This document shows positions 48,901 through 61,616 of a stretch of DNA of 64,000 bases, one piece after another. Both the position numbers and the translations under genes were made by a program. Every line of letters begins with the position of its first letter. The stretch's first letter is position 1. The stretch is taken from positions 89,032,001 to 89,096,000 of the forward strand of contig NC_043006.1 in NCBI RefSeq assembly GCF_006345805.1. The letters run 5' to 3'. The stretch is from Octopus sinensis (lineage: Eukaryota). The notes under the pieces were generated by a model. The model was not told where the DNA came from. It made no database searches and saw only the letters and a program-made list of their open reading frames with translations.

Positions 48901-49789
48901 TTTTTATTCCGCCTGTGAACAGTATTTGATAAACTAAGGAGCAATATATAAGGAGAGCTGAACATTCGGGTTTACAAACAAGAAAAAGAGCGCACTGAAA
49001 AAATTAGAGTGTATATATTTTATAAGAAACTGGAACTATTTGATGTGTAACTGAGTTTTAACGAATCATTTATTTAAGTGATTAAAAAAGGGAAGTGGCC
49101 TGCCGATTGTAAGCAAAAATATTTAAATACATCAAAATATGATTAGTCGTAGAGAGGATTGGTTGCCAAAATACCGTTAGAATATGCGACACACATTCAT
49201 ATTCAATTGTCGTTTATAGAACAGGTGATGTTTTTTCCAATTCATGTGCTAAAACACATGATATTTTCATGTCTTCGGTTTCATATGTATGAAACACACA
49301 AAAGTAAGAAAGATAGCTTACAGATATGTCATTTTGTCTCTCAGAGATATATAACATCTTATTACAGTCATTTGCATTTTTTTTAACAAAAGAACGGAAA
49401 TAATAGATGCTTGCAGACACTTTCATTTATAATTGTTAAAGTATTTCCAACTAACAAATGTAAAATTGCTTGCTGCCTCTATAATGAAAAAGGCATTCAG
49501 TTATACATCAACACAAAATTGCATTAACGGTAGCCATGTTGCTTAAAAATAAAAAGTTACATTAGGCAATGTTCTCATAGATATACAAAATGACGAAACT
49601 GTCATGTCTAGAAATCTTTTCATAATAGATGTTCTTGGTCAAGAAAAATACAATCACAGTCACAATAACCACAATAACCAACTCCAATTACAACAGCAAA
49701 AGTTTTAAGTAAATGAAAATCATTAATAATGCTGGTTTCTGATGTGTAATGCAAGGTTTCAAATTTCTGTGTGGACCCAGAGGATTCGG

Positions 49790-50160
49790 GGGGGAGACGA
49801 CTAACTGAACTAAGTCTCTGAGTGCAGAAGACGATTTATTTGACTCCTCTCTGTAAGTGGAATGAATGATTTGTCAACTCGCTCTATGAATAGAATAGAT
49901 GATTTGCTCAACTTGAGTCTCTGAGTAGACAAGTCATTCAAACCCGGTTTGTGAGTGATGTTGACGACTTACTCAGCTCCAGTCTTTAAGGGGAATAAAC
50001 GATTTACTTAACATCAGTTCTTCAATGGTAGACCGCTACCCCAACTCCAGTTTCTGAATGACTAATATATTAAACTCAACACCGGCACTTCACTGAAAAG
50101 CAATTTACTCATCTCCTGTACTTGAATGACGGATGATTTACTCAACTTCAGTTCTTGAGT
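49790..50160. repeat. Degenerate minisatellite, about 11 units of 32-36 bp
   Basis: Consensus near GACGATTTACTCAACTCCAGTTTCTGAGTG; units begin with variants of GACGATTT/ATGATTT. Confidence 0.7.
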
Positions 50161-50169
50161 TTCTTAAGG

Positions 50170-51357
50170 GACACCTAAGAAAAATTAGAGAAGAAATATA
50201 AAATACGGAAGAATGGGTTTGATGCAGTAATGGAGAAGTTAAAACAGAGGATCATGGCAAAAAATCAGAAGATTTGTGAACAAAAATACACATTTCGAGG
50301 ATATAGATTTTTCAAAATAGACCCGAAGCAATTCTTCCGAACGTTAGAAGGAGATAATGGGGGAAAATGCTGCTCCTGATGCAAATCAAACCAAGGAGTT
50401 CTGGAGCGGATTATGGGGAAACAATGTGGTGCATAAAAGGGATTCAATGTGGATAGAAACTATCAAGACAGAATTAAAGGAGGAAAGAAGCAAAGGAATA
50501 CTGTTATAAGCACAGATGACATGAAAGAACAAGTGGGTAAAGTGCCTAACCGGATGGGATTCATGGCTTTTGGCTGAAGGGATGTCACGCAGTGCATAAA
50601 AGACTAGCAGCCCAATTGAATGCGACCAGGCTCTCGCTACCAATTCAGTGAAGTATAACAGCTATAAAACTTCTGACACCCAGAAATGCAGACTCTGTGG
50701 AAAGAGTGTGGAAAATGTGGCCCACTTGGATGTGAGAGTTTTGCACTAAAAGAATACAAGTGCCTATTTTTTTACTACGGCGACGCATTTCGTCCGACGT
50801 GCTAACGTTTCTGCCGGCTCGCCGCCACGACCTTGACCCTTATGCCATAAATACCAATATGAAATAACAGAGAACTGGTATAAGAATGTACCAAGTAAAG
50901 CTATGCAGGAGGATGGAAAAGTAACGATACTCTGGGACTATGATTTTCAGACGGATCATGTAATCGAACACCATCGGTCGGATATTGTCATATTGAGTAA
51001 GAGGGACAAATACTATCAGATCATTGATGTAGCCATACCAAATGACATGAATGTTGTGAGAGAAGAGGCTGAAAAAATCACCAAGTACTCCAAATTGAAA
51101 GTGGAAATGGCAAGACTGTATGGAACGCGAGAGGGTAATGTAAAAGTGATACCAGTGGTGATCGGAGCGTTGGGCTCAATCCCACCGAAACATTAAGACT
51201 TCTTAAGGCAATGGGAAATCCCATGCAAGATTGATGTTCTAGTGAAAAGCAGCCTTATTGGGCACACGGCACATCTTAAGGGAAGTATTATCTGTCTGAG
51301 AGCCTTGACAGATGACTAAAGACTCCGGTGCATTTTTACCTACACTGTGTTACGAAG

Positions 51358-51358
<1 letters not shown>
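50170..51358 (+). mobile_element. Internally deleted R4/Dong-like RLE retrotransposon (family D5) ending in (AAT)n
   Basis: KEFWSGLW, PDGIHGFWLK, DQALATN..CRLCGKSVENVAHL, and ORF 50903-51196 ILWDYDFQTDHVIEHHRSDIV..IIDVAIP..EKITKY..PVVIGALG. A SINE C head fragment interrupts it at about 50780-50828. Confidence 0.85.
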
Positions 51359-51429
<71 letters not shown>

Positions 51430-51441
51430 CAACAACAACAA

Positions 51442-51514
<73 letters not shown>

Positions 51515-51517
<3 letters not shown>

Positions 51518-51764
51518 TCTTATCATAGTAGGTGCATTAGGCATGATAAAAAATATTCAGACAAATACATAACAAAAACACCAGGACTTACAAACACATA
51601 TAACATACAGAAAATTGCACTACTAGGCACTGCACACATCCTACGCAGAACACTTTCCATACAATAACCATCAGAGCATCACAACAAATCACAGCACATA
51701 CCCAAAGCACACAGAGCTGCGCTCGGTAGTGAAGTGAAAGCACGCTATAAACATAAAACTACTG
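51515..51764 (+). mobile_element. 5'-truncated family D2 Dong-like 3' tip
   Basis: Near-identical to about 60522-60772. Confidence 0.95.
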
Positions 51765-51893
51765 AATAATAATAATAATAATAAAAATATTAATAATAAT
51801 AATAAAAAAATAATGATAATAATAATAATAATAATAATAATAATATTGATAATAATGATAATAATGATAATGATGATAATAATGATAATAATG

Positions 51894-51944
<51 letters not shown>

Positions 51945-52027
51945 TAATAATAATAATGATAATAATAATAATAATAATAATAATATGCAGTACCAGGCAG
52001 TGGCTCTCATTGGTAGTGTTATCATGT

Positions 52028-52185
52028 ACATAACACACAGAAAATTGCACTACTAGGCACTGCACACATCCTACGCAGAACACTTTCCATACAATAACCA
52101 TCAGAGCATCACAACAAATCACAGCACATACCCAAGGCACACAGCTGCGCTCGGTAGTGAAGTGAAAGCACGCTATAAAAATAAA
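52028..52185 (+). mobile_element. Second 5'-truncated family D2 3' tip
   Basis: Near-identical to about 60606-60766. Confidence 0.95.
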
Positions 52186-52270
<85 letters not shown>

Positions 52271-52276
52271 ATAGTA

Positions 52277-52329
<53 letters not shown>

Positions 52330-53108
52330 TTTTTTTCTTTTTTTTTTCTTCTCTCTAAAAACATCACGCTTTTCTTTTTGTGGACTTTCAAAACCGTAAA
52401 ACTTTCTATGAAAATCTGACTTTTCTTTGCTTCCTGAATATTCAAATATAAATGTAAACATATACTTTTTATTGCAAAAACACACCTGTTCTTCTAACTG
52501 GACATACAAACATCTCTAGAAAAGTCAACTTCAACCTCCACAATATTACCTTACACGAAATATACAAACACTTTTTATTGCAATAACACAAACGCACATG
52601 GAAAAAAAATGATGATGCTAAGATTCTCTCTGGTCGAACACAACTTCTCTATTCACAAACAATACAGAACAGCCCTTCCTTAATTTTTCTTAAGGCTAAT
52701 AGTAGTAAACATCTGAACTTTTTTTTACCCCACCCAAAAAAAAAAAAAAAAAAAAAAGATAGTAATAGTGCTGATATTCTATCTATCTATCTACACACAC
52801 ACAAACCTCACCTCGGCTCTATTGTTAACCAAATATGAAAGTATTATTTGACAGGCAAGAACTCTGGCATTGAAGACAGTCAGCCAGCCAACCACCAAGC
52901 CAGCCAACGAGACAGACAGACACTACTGTGATGGTGATAATGATAAAAAAACAAAAATAACAATAATAAGATACTGCTGTGACTACACATAAAACAATAT
53001 CATTGATGATGATGGTGGTGATGGTGATGGTGATGATGATAATGATGATGGTAATGGTGGTGATAATGATGATAGTGATGGTAATGGTGAAGATAATAAC
53101 AATAATAA

Positions 53109-56100
53109 GCCGACTACGGCTGCTATAATGGTACGATTATAATTGTAACGGCAATGATGGCCGTCTCCCCACGAGCCAATCAAAGCTAAAAAATGATAAC
53201 ATTATCGTAGCACCAAAATGTTTTTGGAAACTAAAAGGAAAACTAAATCAGTATACCAAATCGCTTGTCCTATGGTTAATCTGGAAGCGCGTCCCCCAGG
53301 GAAGAGCCAGCCTGGGATCGAAAAGTCATCAACTGGCACAAATTCTTCTCCGAATACGGACATGGATGGTCACTTGAACGGGAAATCCCCCAACTCGAGC
53401 CCTCCAAGTTCACCACCACAAGCACCACAGAAAGAAAAATGTAAGCGGAACAAATGGACCCGAGAAGAGTATAAAGAAGTAATATACGCTTATTACTATG
53501 CATTAGGTAGGCCATCTCAAGAGAGACACACCGCAAACTCTTACAGTATATGGAGAACACGGAATCAAGACAGTATTTGGACGAGAACAAATTAGCAAAT
53601 GTGAGGAGGGATATCTTTAGAAATAAGAGACTCACAGACAGTGAAATAAGTGCGATCAAGCACGCAACGGAAAATGACATTAATATAAGACACAAAGGAA
53701 ATGAAGAATCAGATGAACAGTATAGCCCGCCACGAGGCTTAATTGAAAGACTGCCATCTGACCAAAGTACGCAAAGGCCTGAAGATACAAGAAATTCTAT
53801 TGTACCTGTTAAAGATAGCCAGGAAAACGAAAAAATAACAGTAACTGAAGATCTCGCATTTGCTGAAGAACACAGAGAGTCTATGGCAGAAATGAGGCAG
53901 AAAATCCTGAATACGCTTGAAGTTGTAAGACATACAAGTATGAATGATAGAGAACCGCTTCATAAACTCTCAAATACAAACCAAAATAAAAAACAAATCC
54001 AAATTGGCAACTATGTAACAAATGAAATAATACGAGAATTAAAACCTGATTTTACTGAGTTAAATGAAATTATTTACGCTTCTGCTAGGGCAATTGAAAC
54101 CAGCTGTATGCCCCCGAAAAAACAAAGAAAACAAAACCTGGGAAGAAATCAAACCTGGAGAAGTAAAATTGAAAAAGAGATTGAATTTATGAGAGGGGAA
54201 ATATCAATATTAAATGAACTAATATGTGGAAATGATGTAAGATCCAGAACAGGAAGAAAGATGAAGAGAAAATTTGGATCCTCACCAAGAGAAGAACTGA
54301 TATCAATAAAAGAAACGCTGAAACAAAAAGTCCAAGCAAAAGCCCAAAGAATACGAAGATTTGAGAAGAGAAACAAGTTTTACAAGCAAAATAAGCTGTT
54401 CACATCCAATGCCAAAAACTTCTACAGAGAAATAGGGAAGGAGAAAGTAACCGTTAAAGACCCCCCTCCCATGGAAGAAGTTCAAAACTTTTGGGAAAGG
54501 ATTTGGAGTGACAAGAAGACGTACAACATAAATGCAGACTGGATTATATAAACTGAAGGATCCTACCAAAATTTACAAGCATGGGAAGACATCACAATAG
54601 CAGACCTAAGAAAGGCACTCACGAAGGCCCATAATTGGAAATCCCCCGGTAAAGATAGGGTGCCGAATTTCTGGCTCGCATCGCTCCCGTGCGCACACGG
54701 TAAGCTAGTTCAGCTGCTCAATGGAATTTTGAGAGACCCAAAGAAAACACCTGAATGGTTAGCAAGTGGCATTACTTACCTACTCCCAAAGAATAACGAA
54801 ACCAACCTTCCAAAAAACTATCGGCCTATAACCTGTCTATCCACCACGTATAAAATCCTAACATCTATCCTGGCGGAGAAAACATATGCATTCATGGAGA
54901 AGAACGATATTTTCCCCATTGAACAAAAAGGGTGCCGCCGAGGCTCTTACGGATGCAAAGATCAACTGCTAATCAATCGTATGATCCTTGAGAACTGTCA
55001 CAACAAGCGCAGAAATCTCAGTACCGCATGGATTGACAATAAAAAGGCCTTCGACAGTATACCGCATCCATGGATCTTGAGATCGCTGGACATCTTTAAA
55101 ATTTCCCCTGTGATTTCAAACTTCCTGAAGCACAATATGTCGTTGTGGAATACGAATCTCCAATTATACCACTCTAATGGAGTACTTGCCTCAGAAAATA
55201 TAAACATCAACTGTGGAATTTTTCAAGGTGACTCACTTTCACCTTTAATATTCTGCATAGCCCTAATACCCCTTACAAGTGAATTAAACAGAACAGGGTA
55301 TGGGTATAAAAATGCCAATAAAAAATAAGCCATCTATTTTATATGGATGACTTAAAACTTTATGGTAAAGACAATAATGAACTTGAAGGCCTATTGCGCA
55401 CCGTGAAAGCATTCAGCGATGACATCGGGATGGAGTTTGGACTTGAGAAGTGTGCCAAGGCCACTTTCCAGAAAGGGAAAGTGAAGACCACAAATTCAGT
55501 CGTGTTAGATGTTGACACAGTCATAAGAGAGCTTGAGCAAGAACAGACATACAAATATTTAGGGATAAATGAAGGCTCTGGTATTCAGCATGCAAGCATG
55601 AAAGAGAAAATCAGGAAGGAATGTTATAGGAGAGTTCGTGCAGTCCTGAAATCTGAACTAAATGCACGTAACAAGGTGTTAGCTATAAATTCCTTAGCAG
55701 TTCCAGTTGTTACTTATAGCTACAATGTGTTGAACTGGAATATGAGTGAAGTAAAGAATATAGATAGAAAAATACGCAAGCTGCTGAGTTGTAATAGGAT
55801 GCACCACCCAAAGGCAGACGTAGATCGCCTTTACCTTCCCAGAGCCCAAGGAGGTCGAGGCCTGATCCAATTTGAACTAGCTTACAAAACAACCACAATT
55901 GGACTGGCCAAATATCTCGAAATATCGAATGAGTGGATGCTAAAGCTCGTGGAAAATCACGAGAGACGAAAGAAGCTTCATTCTATCATCAAGGAAAGCA
56001 AAAAATTTGCTATTGATCTCGTGCAGGATACCCAAACTGAACAACCCGAGGGAAGTACGGCAACTATTGTTGCAAAGAAGGTGAAAATGATGGCAATGAA

Positions 56101-57076
56101 AAAAGCGCACGAGCAACTGGCTGATAGGTGGGAGGAGAAACCTCTGCACGGCAAATATGTGACCCGCAGCAAACAAGCTGATGTTGACCAGAAGCAAACC
56201 CATCAGTGGCTGCGGAGCTCAGGGCTAAAAGCAGAGAGCGAAGGTTTCATCCTGGCTGCTCAAGATCAAAGCCTATTAACCCGAAACTACCAGGCCAATG
56301 TGATGAAAAATGGAGCAGACCCAAAATGCCGATTCTGCAACGACATGATTGAAACAGTGGACCACCTAATCTCTGGATGTAAAGTCTTAGCACCAGTGGA
56401 GTATAAATTAAGACATGACAGAGTTGGCCAATATCTCCACTGGCTAATAAGTCGGCATTACAATATCAAAACTGCCGACAAGTGGTATAATCACCACCCT
56501 GAGGCTGTAACTGAAGGAGAAAATGTAATCATTCTGTGGGACTTTCCAGTACATACAGACCGAACCATCAAGGCCAATAAACCAGATATTGTTGTGAAAG
56601 ACCAAAACAATAAAGTTTGCTTATTGATCGACATGATCATCCCCTGTAATCATAATATCTCAGCGAAAGAGTTTGACAAGCTCAGAAAATATAAAGACCT
56701 ACTCATTGAAATTGAGAAAATGTGGCATCTCAAGGCGGTTACAATACCAGTGATCGTAGGAGCACTAGGAATGATCAAGAAGGGAACCGAAAATTATATG
56801 AGAATGATCCCTGGCTTACCATCCCTGCATGAAGTGCAAAAGATTGTCTTAACTGGTACATCACACGTATTGAGAAGAGCATTGTCGATGTGAGAACTGT
56901 TGCTGCTCATGTATTTTAATTTAACTTTAAAAAAAAAATTTTTTTTAAATAAAAAATGAACGAACTACTGAGTTTGGTTTAATGGCCTACCAATATACAC
57001 TATGAGTTTCTTTGCCCTAGGAGTCGAGAAGACACTCGGCAAGAAATGGAAGAAATTTTGAAAGGAGAAAAAAAAA
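53109..57076 (+). mobile_element. Full-length R4/Dong-like RLE non-LTR retrotransposon (family D1)
   Basis: Single interrupted ORF between (AAT/GAT)n tracts; 3' UTR hairpin TTTCTTTGCC..GGCAAGAAA. Confidence 0.92.
53218..56893 (+). pseudogene. D1 ORF: N-terminal domain, reverse transcriptase, CCHC, restriction-like endonuclease
   Basis: KWTREEY..YY; NWKSPGKD; NYRPITCL; EQKGC; GIFQGDSLSP; YMDDLKL; CRFCNDMIETVDHLISGC; KPDIV..IDM..KLRKYKDL. Frameshifts near 53570 and 55320 and one stop at 54549. Confidence 0.92.
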
Positions 57077-57077
57077 T

Positions 57078-57078
57078 A

Positions 57079-57141
<63 letters not shown>
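57078..57141. repeat. (ATG)n microsatellite
   Basis: Directly visible. Confidence 0.97.
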
Positions 57142-57143
<2 letters not shown>

Positions 57144-57650
57144 AAAAGTGCAGCAAGTGATTCAATAGAAAATTACTTGAAAATATCAAATGTCGAAAAA
57201 TAATCGTGGTGGTTACGATGGTGACGAACGACGTTACCTTACTTCAGTTTATGAGATACAAGAGTTTATCAAGGAACTCTGATTGTAACAGCGAAAATGA
57301 AGTTGGATCTTTAAGAGAAGGGCTCTTGCTCGGCAGTGGTTCAGTAAAGATGCATACTGACCACAGCCGTTATCCTAATACATCAGCAGCAGATAATAGA
57401 GTAAAGAGAAGGAAGTGTACCAGCGAAGAAAACAGGATAGAGGTTAACACTTAAGATAGAGAAGGATATGTTTAAAGTGACTGAGCAAAGATTAGTAGAA
57501 CATGCTAATGCTATTAAGAGAAGAAAGTGGATTACAGAATTGGAGGTGGAAGAGATCACAAGAGAACTGGGAAAGAAAGACGAGACAGTAGGAAAGGCAA
57601 ACATCATAAGAGATACTGCTCAAACCAAAGAAGAACCTTAAAAAAATAGT
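57142..57650 (+). mobile_element. Family D3 Dong-like element, 5' part
   Basis: RRKCTSEENRIEV and DMFKVTEQRLVEHANAIKRRKWITELEVEEI resemble the R4/Dong N-terminal domain (compare D1 KWTREE..NKLANVRRDI..LTDSEI). Confidence 0.75.
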
Positions 57651-57669
57651 AATAATAATAATAATAATC

Positions 57670-57736
<67 letters not shown>

Positions 57737-57746
57737 TAATAATAAT

Positions 57747-60700
57747 AGGACCACCAAGAATAAAAATAAACGCAATAACAACACCAATTATAAACAACAT
57801 AAACCTAGCCGTCACTGAACTAGCCACTGAAACAAAAAAAAGTGATATCACTGAACTAAATGACTTGATATACGCAGCAGCCACTGCAGCCACAAAAGAA
57901 GCTGGATACTCACCCAAACCCGCCCAAAAAGGAGTACCACCACCCAAACAAACCCTGTGGATAAATAACATCCAAAAAAAATAAAAAAAATTAGAAAAGA
58001 CCTGTCGATTCTTAATGAAATCAGCAAACAAGCAACGCTACTGAGCAACAAAAAGAGAACAAAAATGCTCCGCAAATATAACATCACAGAAAAAGATTTG
58101 CCGGAGATAAAAGAAAAGCTGAAGCAAGATATCCTTGCCAAAGCTCAAAGGATCCGCCGGTACGAGAAACGCCAACGCTTCTTTGAACAGAACAAAAAGT
58201 TCAACTCCGACCCCAAAAAGTTCTACCAAGAACTAGGCAAAAATAAAATAGAAGTCACTGCAGCACCAACGGCAGAAGAATTGGAATATGGTCGGCGAAC
58301 GAACAGCCAAAAAAAAGGAGTATGAAAATAACAAACTCGGCATCTGAACAACTTTGGACCTCCATAACAACTGAAGAGGTCACCCAGGCACTGCAAAAAC
58401 TAAGCAACTGGAAGGCACCTGGGCATGACAAGATCCCCAACATCTGGTTGAAATATCTAACAGGAATGCACAAAAAGCTGGCTGAAAACTTTAACAGCAT
58501 ACTAGCAGAGCCAGAGACAATGCCTGAATGGCTCACGAAGGGGAAAACCATCTTAATTCCCAAATCAAATGAAACAACAAAACCAGAAAACTACAGACCA
58601 ATAACCTGCCTCCCTACTATGTTCAAGGTATTTACTGCAGTGATAACGCAAAGGCTGAACAAGCACCTGGACGAAAACAAACTGTTCCCAGAAGAGCAGA
58701 AAGGATGCCGCAAAGGCTCATATGGCTGTAAAGATCAACTAATGATTAATAAAGCCGTAACTGAAGACAGCCACAGAAAGAAGAAAGGCCTCAGTATGGC
58801 CTGGATTGACTACAAAAAGGCGTTTGATAGCATCCCCCACACATGGATCCTCGAAACACTAGCCATTAACAAAGTAGCACCAACAATCATAAAATTCATT
58901 GAGCACTCTATGAATAAATGGCAAACAGTCCTACACCTCCAAACAAAAGAGGGACTCATGAAAACCAAAGACATCCCCATTAGAAGAGGAATATTCCAGG
59001 GAGATACGCTCTCTCCACTCCTTTTCTGCTTGGCACTGTCACCTCTATCTGATATGCTAAATAGAACTAGATGCGGATATAAATGTTACGGCAAAACGAT
59101 CAGCCACCTTTTATATATGGATGACCTAAAACTATACGCTGCAAATGACAAACAGCTGGAAACACTATTAAAGACAGTTCATGGATTTACCAAAGAAATA
59201 GATATGAAATTTGGATTAGAAAAATGCGCCAAAGTAACCATGAAAAGAGGAAAACTAGTTAAGAGTAACAACATCACACTAGATAAAACCAATGAAATAA
59301 AAGAATTAGACCAAAGCCAAACTTACAAATACTTAGGAATCCATGAACTAGATAAGACACAACACGCACAAATGAAAGAGAAAATAAAAAAAGAATATTA
59401 TAGACGAGTTAGATCGATACTAAAAACAGAGCACAATGCTAAAAACAAGATAATAGGTATCAACACTTTAGCTGTCCCAGTTATAAGTTACAGCTACAAT
59501 ATCCTTAACTGGACACGAAATGAACTGTCCAAAATAGATAGGAAAACAAGAAAAATACTGACAGGATCTAGGATGCATCACCCAAAATCTGACATAGAAA
59601 GACTATATATACAACGTATAGAAGGTGGTAGAGGCCTTATACAGCTGGAAAACTACTATAAAATAACCACCATAGGACTGCAAAAATACCTACTTCAGAA
59701 GGAAGGAAAACTGATCCAGATAGCAGCAAAACACGAGCAAAACAAAAAACTGTTCTCAGTATTTAAGGAAGCCGACAAATACAAACAAGAAATCATACCA
59801 CCTAATAAACACAAAGAAGAAGAAGACGATGATGAAGAAACAACAAAAGCTATAAAACAAATGAAATCCAAATTAAAAATAGAACAGCAACGAGCCATGA
59901 TAAAACGATGGCAAGAAAAGCCCCTTCATGGTAAATACTGGACTAAACTAAACGCAAAAGAAATAGACAAAGAAAAATCCCAGCAATGGTTGAGAAGCTC
60001 AGGACTCAAAGCAGAAACAGAGAGATTTTTAATTGCAGCACAAGACCAAAGCCTCCCCACCAGAAATTACCAAAAACATGTAATGAAAAGAAATATTACA
60101 AGTAACTGCAGAATATGTGGAGATGGACAAGAAACAATAAATCATATTATCTCTAGCTGCCAAGTCCTGGCTAAGAAGGAATATATTCACAGACATGACA
60201 GAGTTGGAACCTACATACATTGGAAGCTATGCCAACATTATGGAATAAAACAGAAAAAAAATGGTATAGGCACACACCAGAAAAGGTCACAGAAAACGAG
60301 AAAGCAACCATACTCTGGGATATGCCGATACACACAGATAGAGAAATTAAGGCCAACAGACCAGATATAGTTGTCAGAGATCATGAAGAAAAAAAATGCT
60401 TTCTAATTGATGTATCAATACCGGCAGATGACAACGTGTCTCTAAAAGAAATGGAGAAACTCTCAAAATACAAAGACCTGGAAATAGAGGTAACTAGAAT
60501 GTGGAACCTGAAAACAGAAACAATTCCTATCATAGTAGGTGCATTAGGCATGATAAAAAAATATTCAGACAAATACATAACAAAAACACCAGGACTTACA
60601 AACACATATAACATACAGAAAATTGCACTACTAGGCACTGCACACATCCTACGCAGAACACTTTCCATACAATAACCATCAGAGCATCACAACAAATCAC

Positions 60701-60772
60701 AGCACATACCCAAGGCACACAGAGCTGCGCTCGGTAGTGAAGTGAAAGCACGCTATAAAAATAAAACTACTG
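57747..60772 (+). mobile_element. 5'-truncated R4/Dong-like element (family D2) flanked by (AAT)n on both sides
   Basis: 682-aa ORF 58322-60370 (NWKAPGHD, YMDDLKL, CRICGDGQETINHIISSC), frameshifted into the RLE ORF 60220-60675 (RPDIV..IDVSIP..KLSKYKDL). (AAT)n lies at 57651-57746 and 60773-60870. Confidence 0.93.
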
Positions 60773-60790
60773 AATAATAATAATAATAAC

Positions 60791-60870
<80 letters not shown>

Positions 60871-60872
<2 letters not shown>

Positions 60873-61535
60873 GCACTTCCGATAAAAAGGGACAATTGAC
60901 ACCAGCCATTTAAGTGATTTAAGTGAGGAAAATCAGAAGATTTCAGATGAGCTGTAGGAAGTAATGAGTAAAGAAATAAGAAAAAGATTGCCAGCATTAA
61001 AAGGTACCAACAGAAGGAAGCTGCTAGATATGGCTAGGAAAGTAGATTCTGTAATCAGTAAGAAAGATACTAAAAACATAGGAGACACTAACTTATTGAT
61101 CTATGCAGGAGGAGTAGTTGTCACTAGGAGATTAGATATTCCACAAGGAAAGATTAGAAAAGAGCAAATGCGGAAAAAGAGACTAAAATATAAAGTGAAG
61201 ACTTTAAAACAAGATCTGAGTAGAACAGAAGCCTGGAAACTGAACAAGTTGGGAAATACAAGATGCAAATCTATTGAGAAAAGAACTTGATTAAAAAAGA
61301 GAAAAATTTTGGGACAGTAATAGAAGAGTTGAAACAGTGTACCATAGCAGTAGCAGGTAAGCTTTCCAGATATCAGAAAAGAATAGATCAGTATCGACAG
61401 AACAGATTATTTGAGACAAACCAGAGGAGATTTTATAACCAAATAAATATTGGAGTACTGAAGATGAGATACCTAATGCAGAAGAAACTAGGACGTTCTG
61501 GGGTAATATTTGGGATAAGCCAATTAATCATAATT
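60871..61535 (+). mobile_element. Family D3 Dong-like element, continuation
   Basis: LPALKG..TNLLIYAG..KQDLSR..VIEELKQ..QYRQNRLFETNQRRFY..FWGNIWD: the pre-RT region expected after 57142-57650. Confidence 0.8.
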
Positions 61536-61543
61536 AATATTTG

Positions 61544-61545
<2 letters not shown>

Positions 61546-61615
<70 letters not shown>

Positions 61616-61616
61616 G
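61546..61616. repeat. (ATT)n microsatellite (minus-strand AAT tail)
   Basis: Directly visible. Confidence 0.97.

Larger units (their letters stand above)
51359..52329. repeat. (AAT)n array (51359-51517, 51765-51985, 52186-52329) interspersed with retroelement 3' tips
   Basis: Directly visible. Confidence 0.95.

Noticed and set aside
49790-50160. CRISPR-like array
   Set aside because: Units are degenerate and contiguous with no unique spacers, there are no cas genes, and the context is eukaryotic.
53109-53205. HDV-like ribozyme at the D1 5' end (GTC-TCCCCAC-GAG resembles P3/L3)
   Set aside because: I could not build a 7-bp P1, a GG for P1.1 or a P4, so the double pseudoknot is unsupported. 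An RNArobo/Infernal search on the family consensus would settle it.
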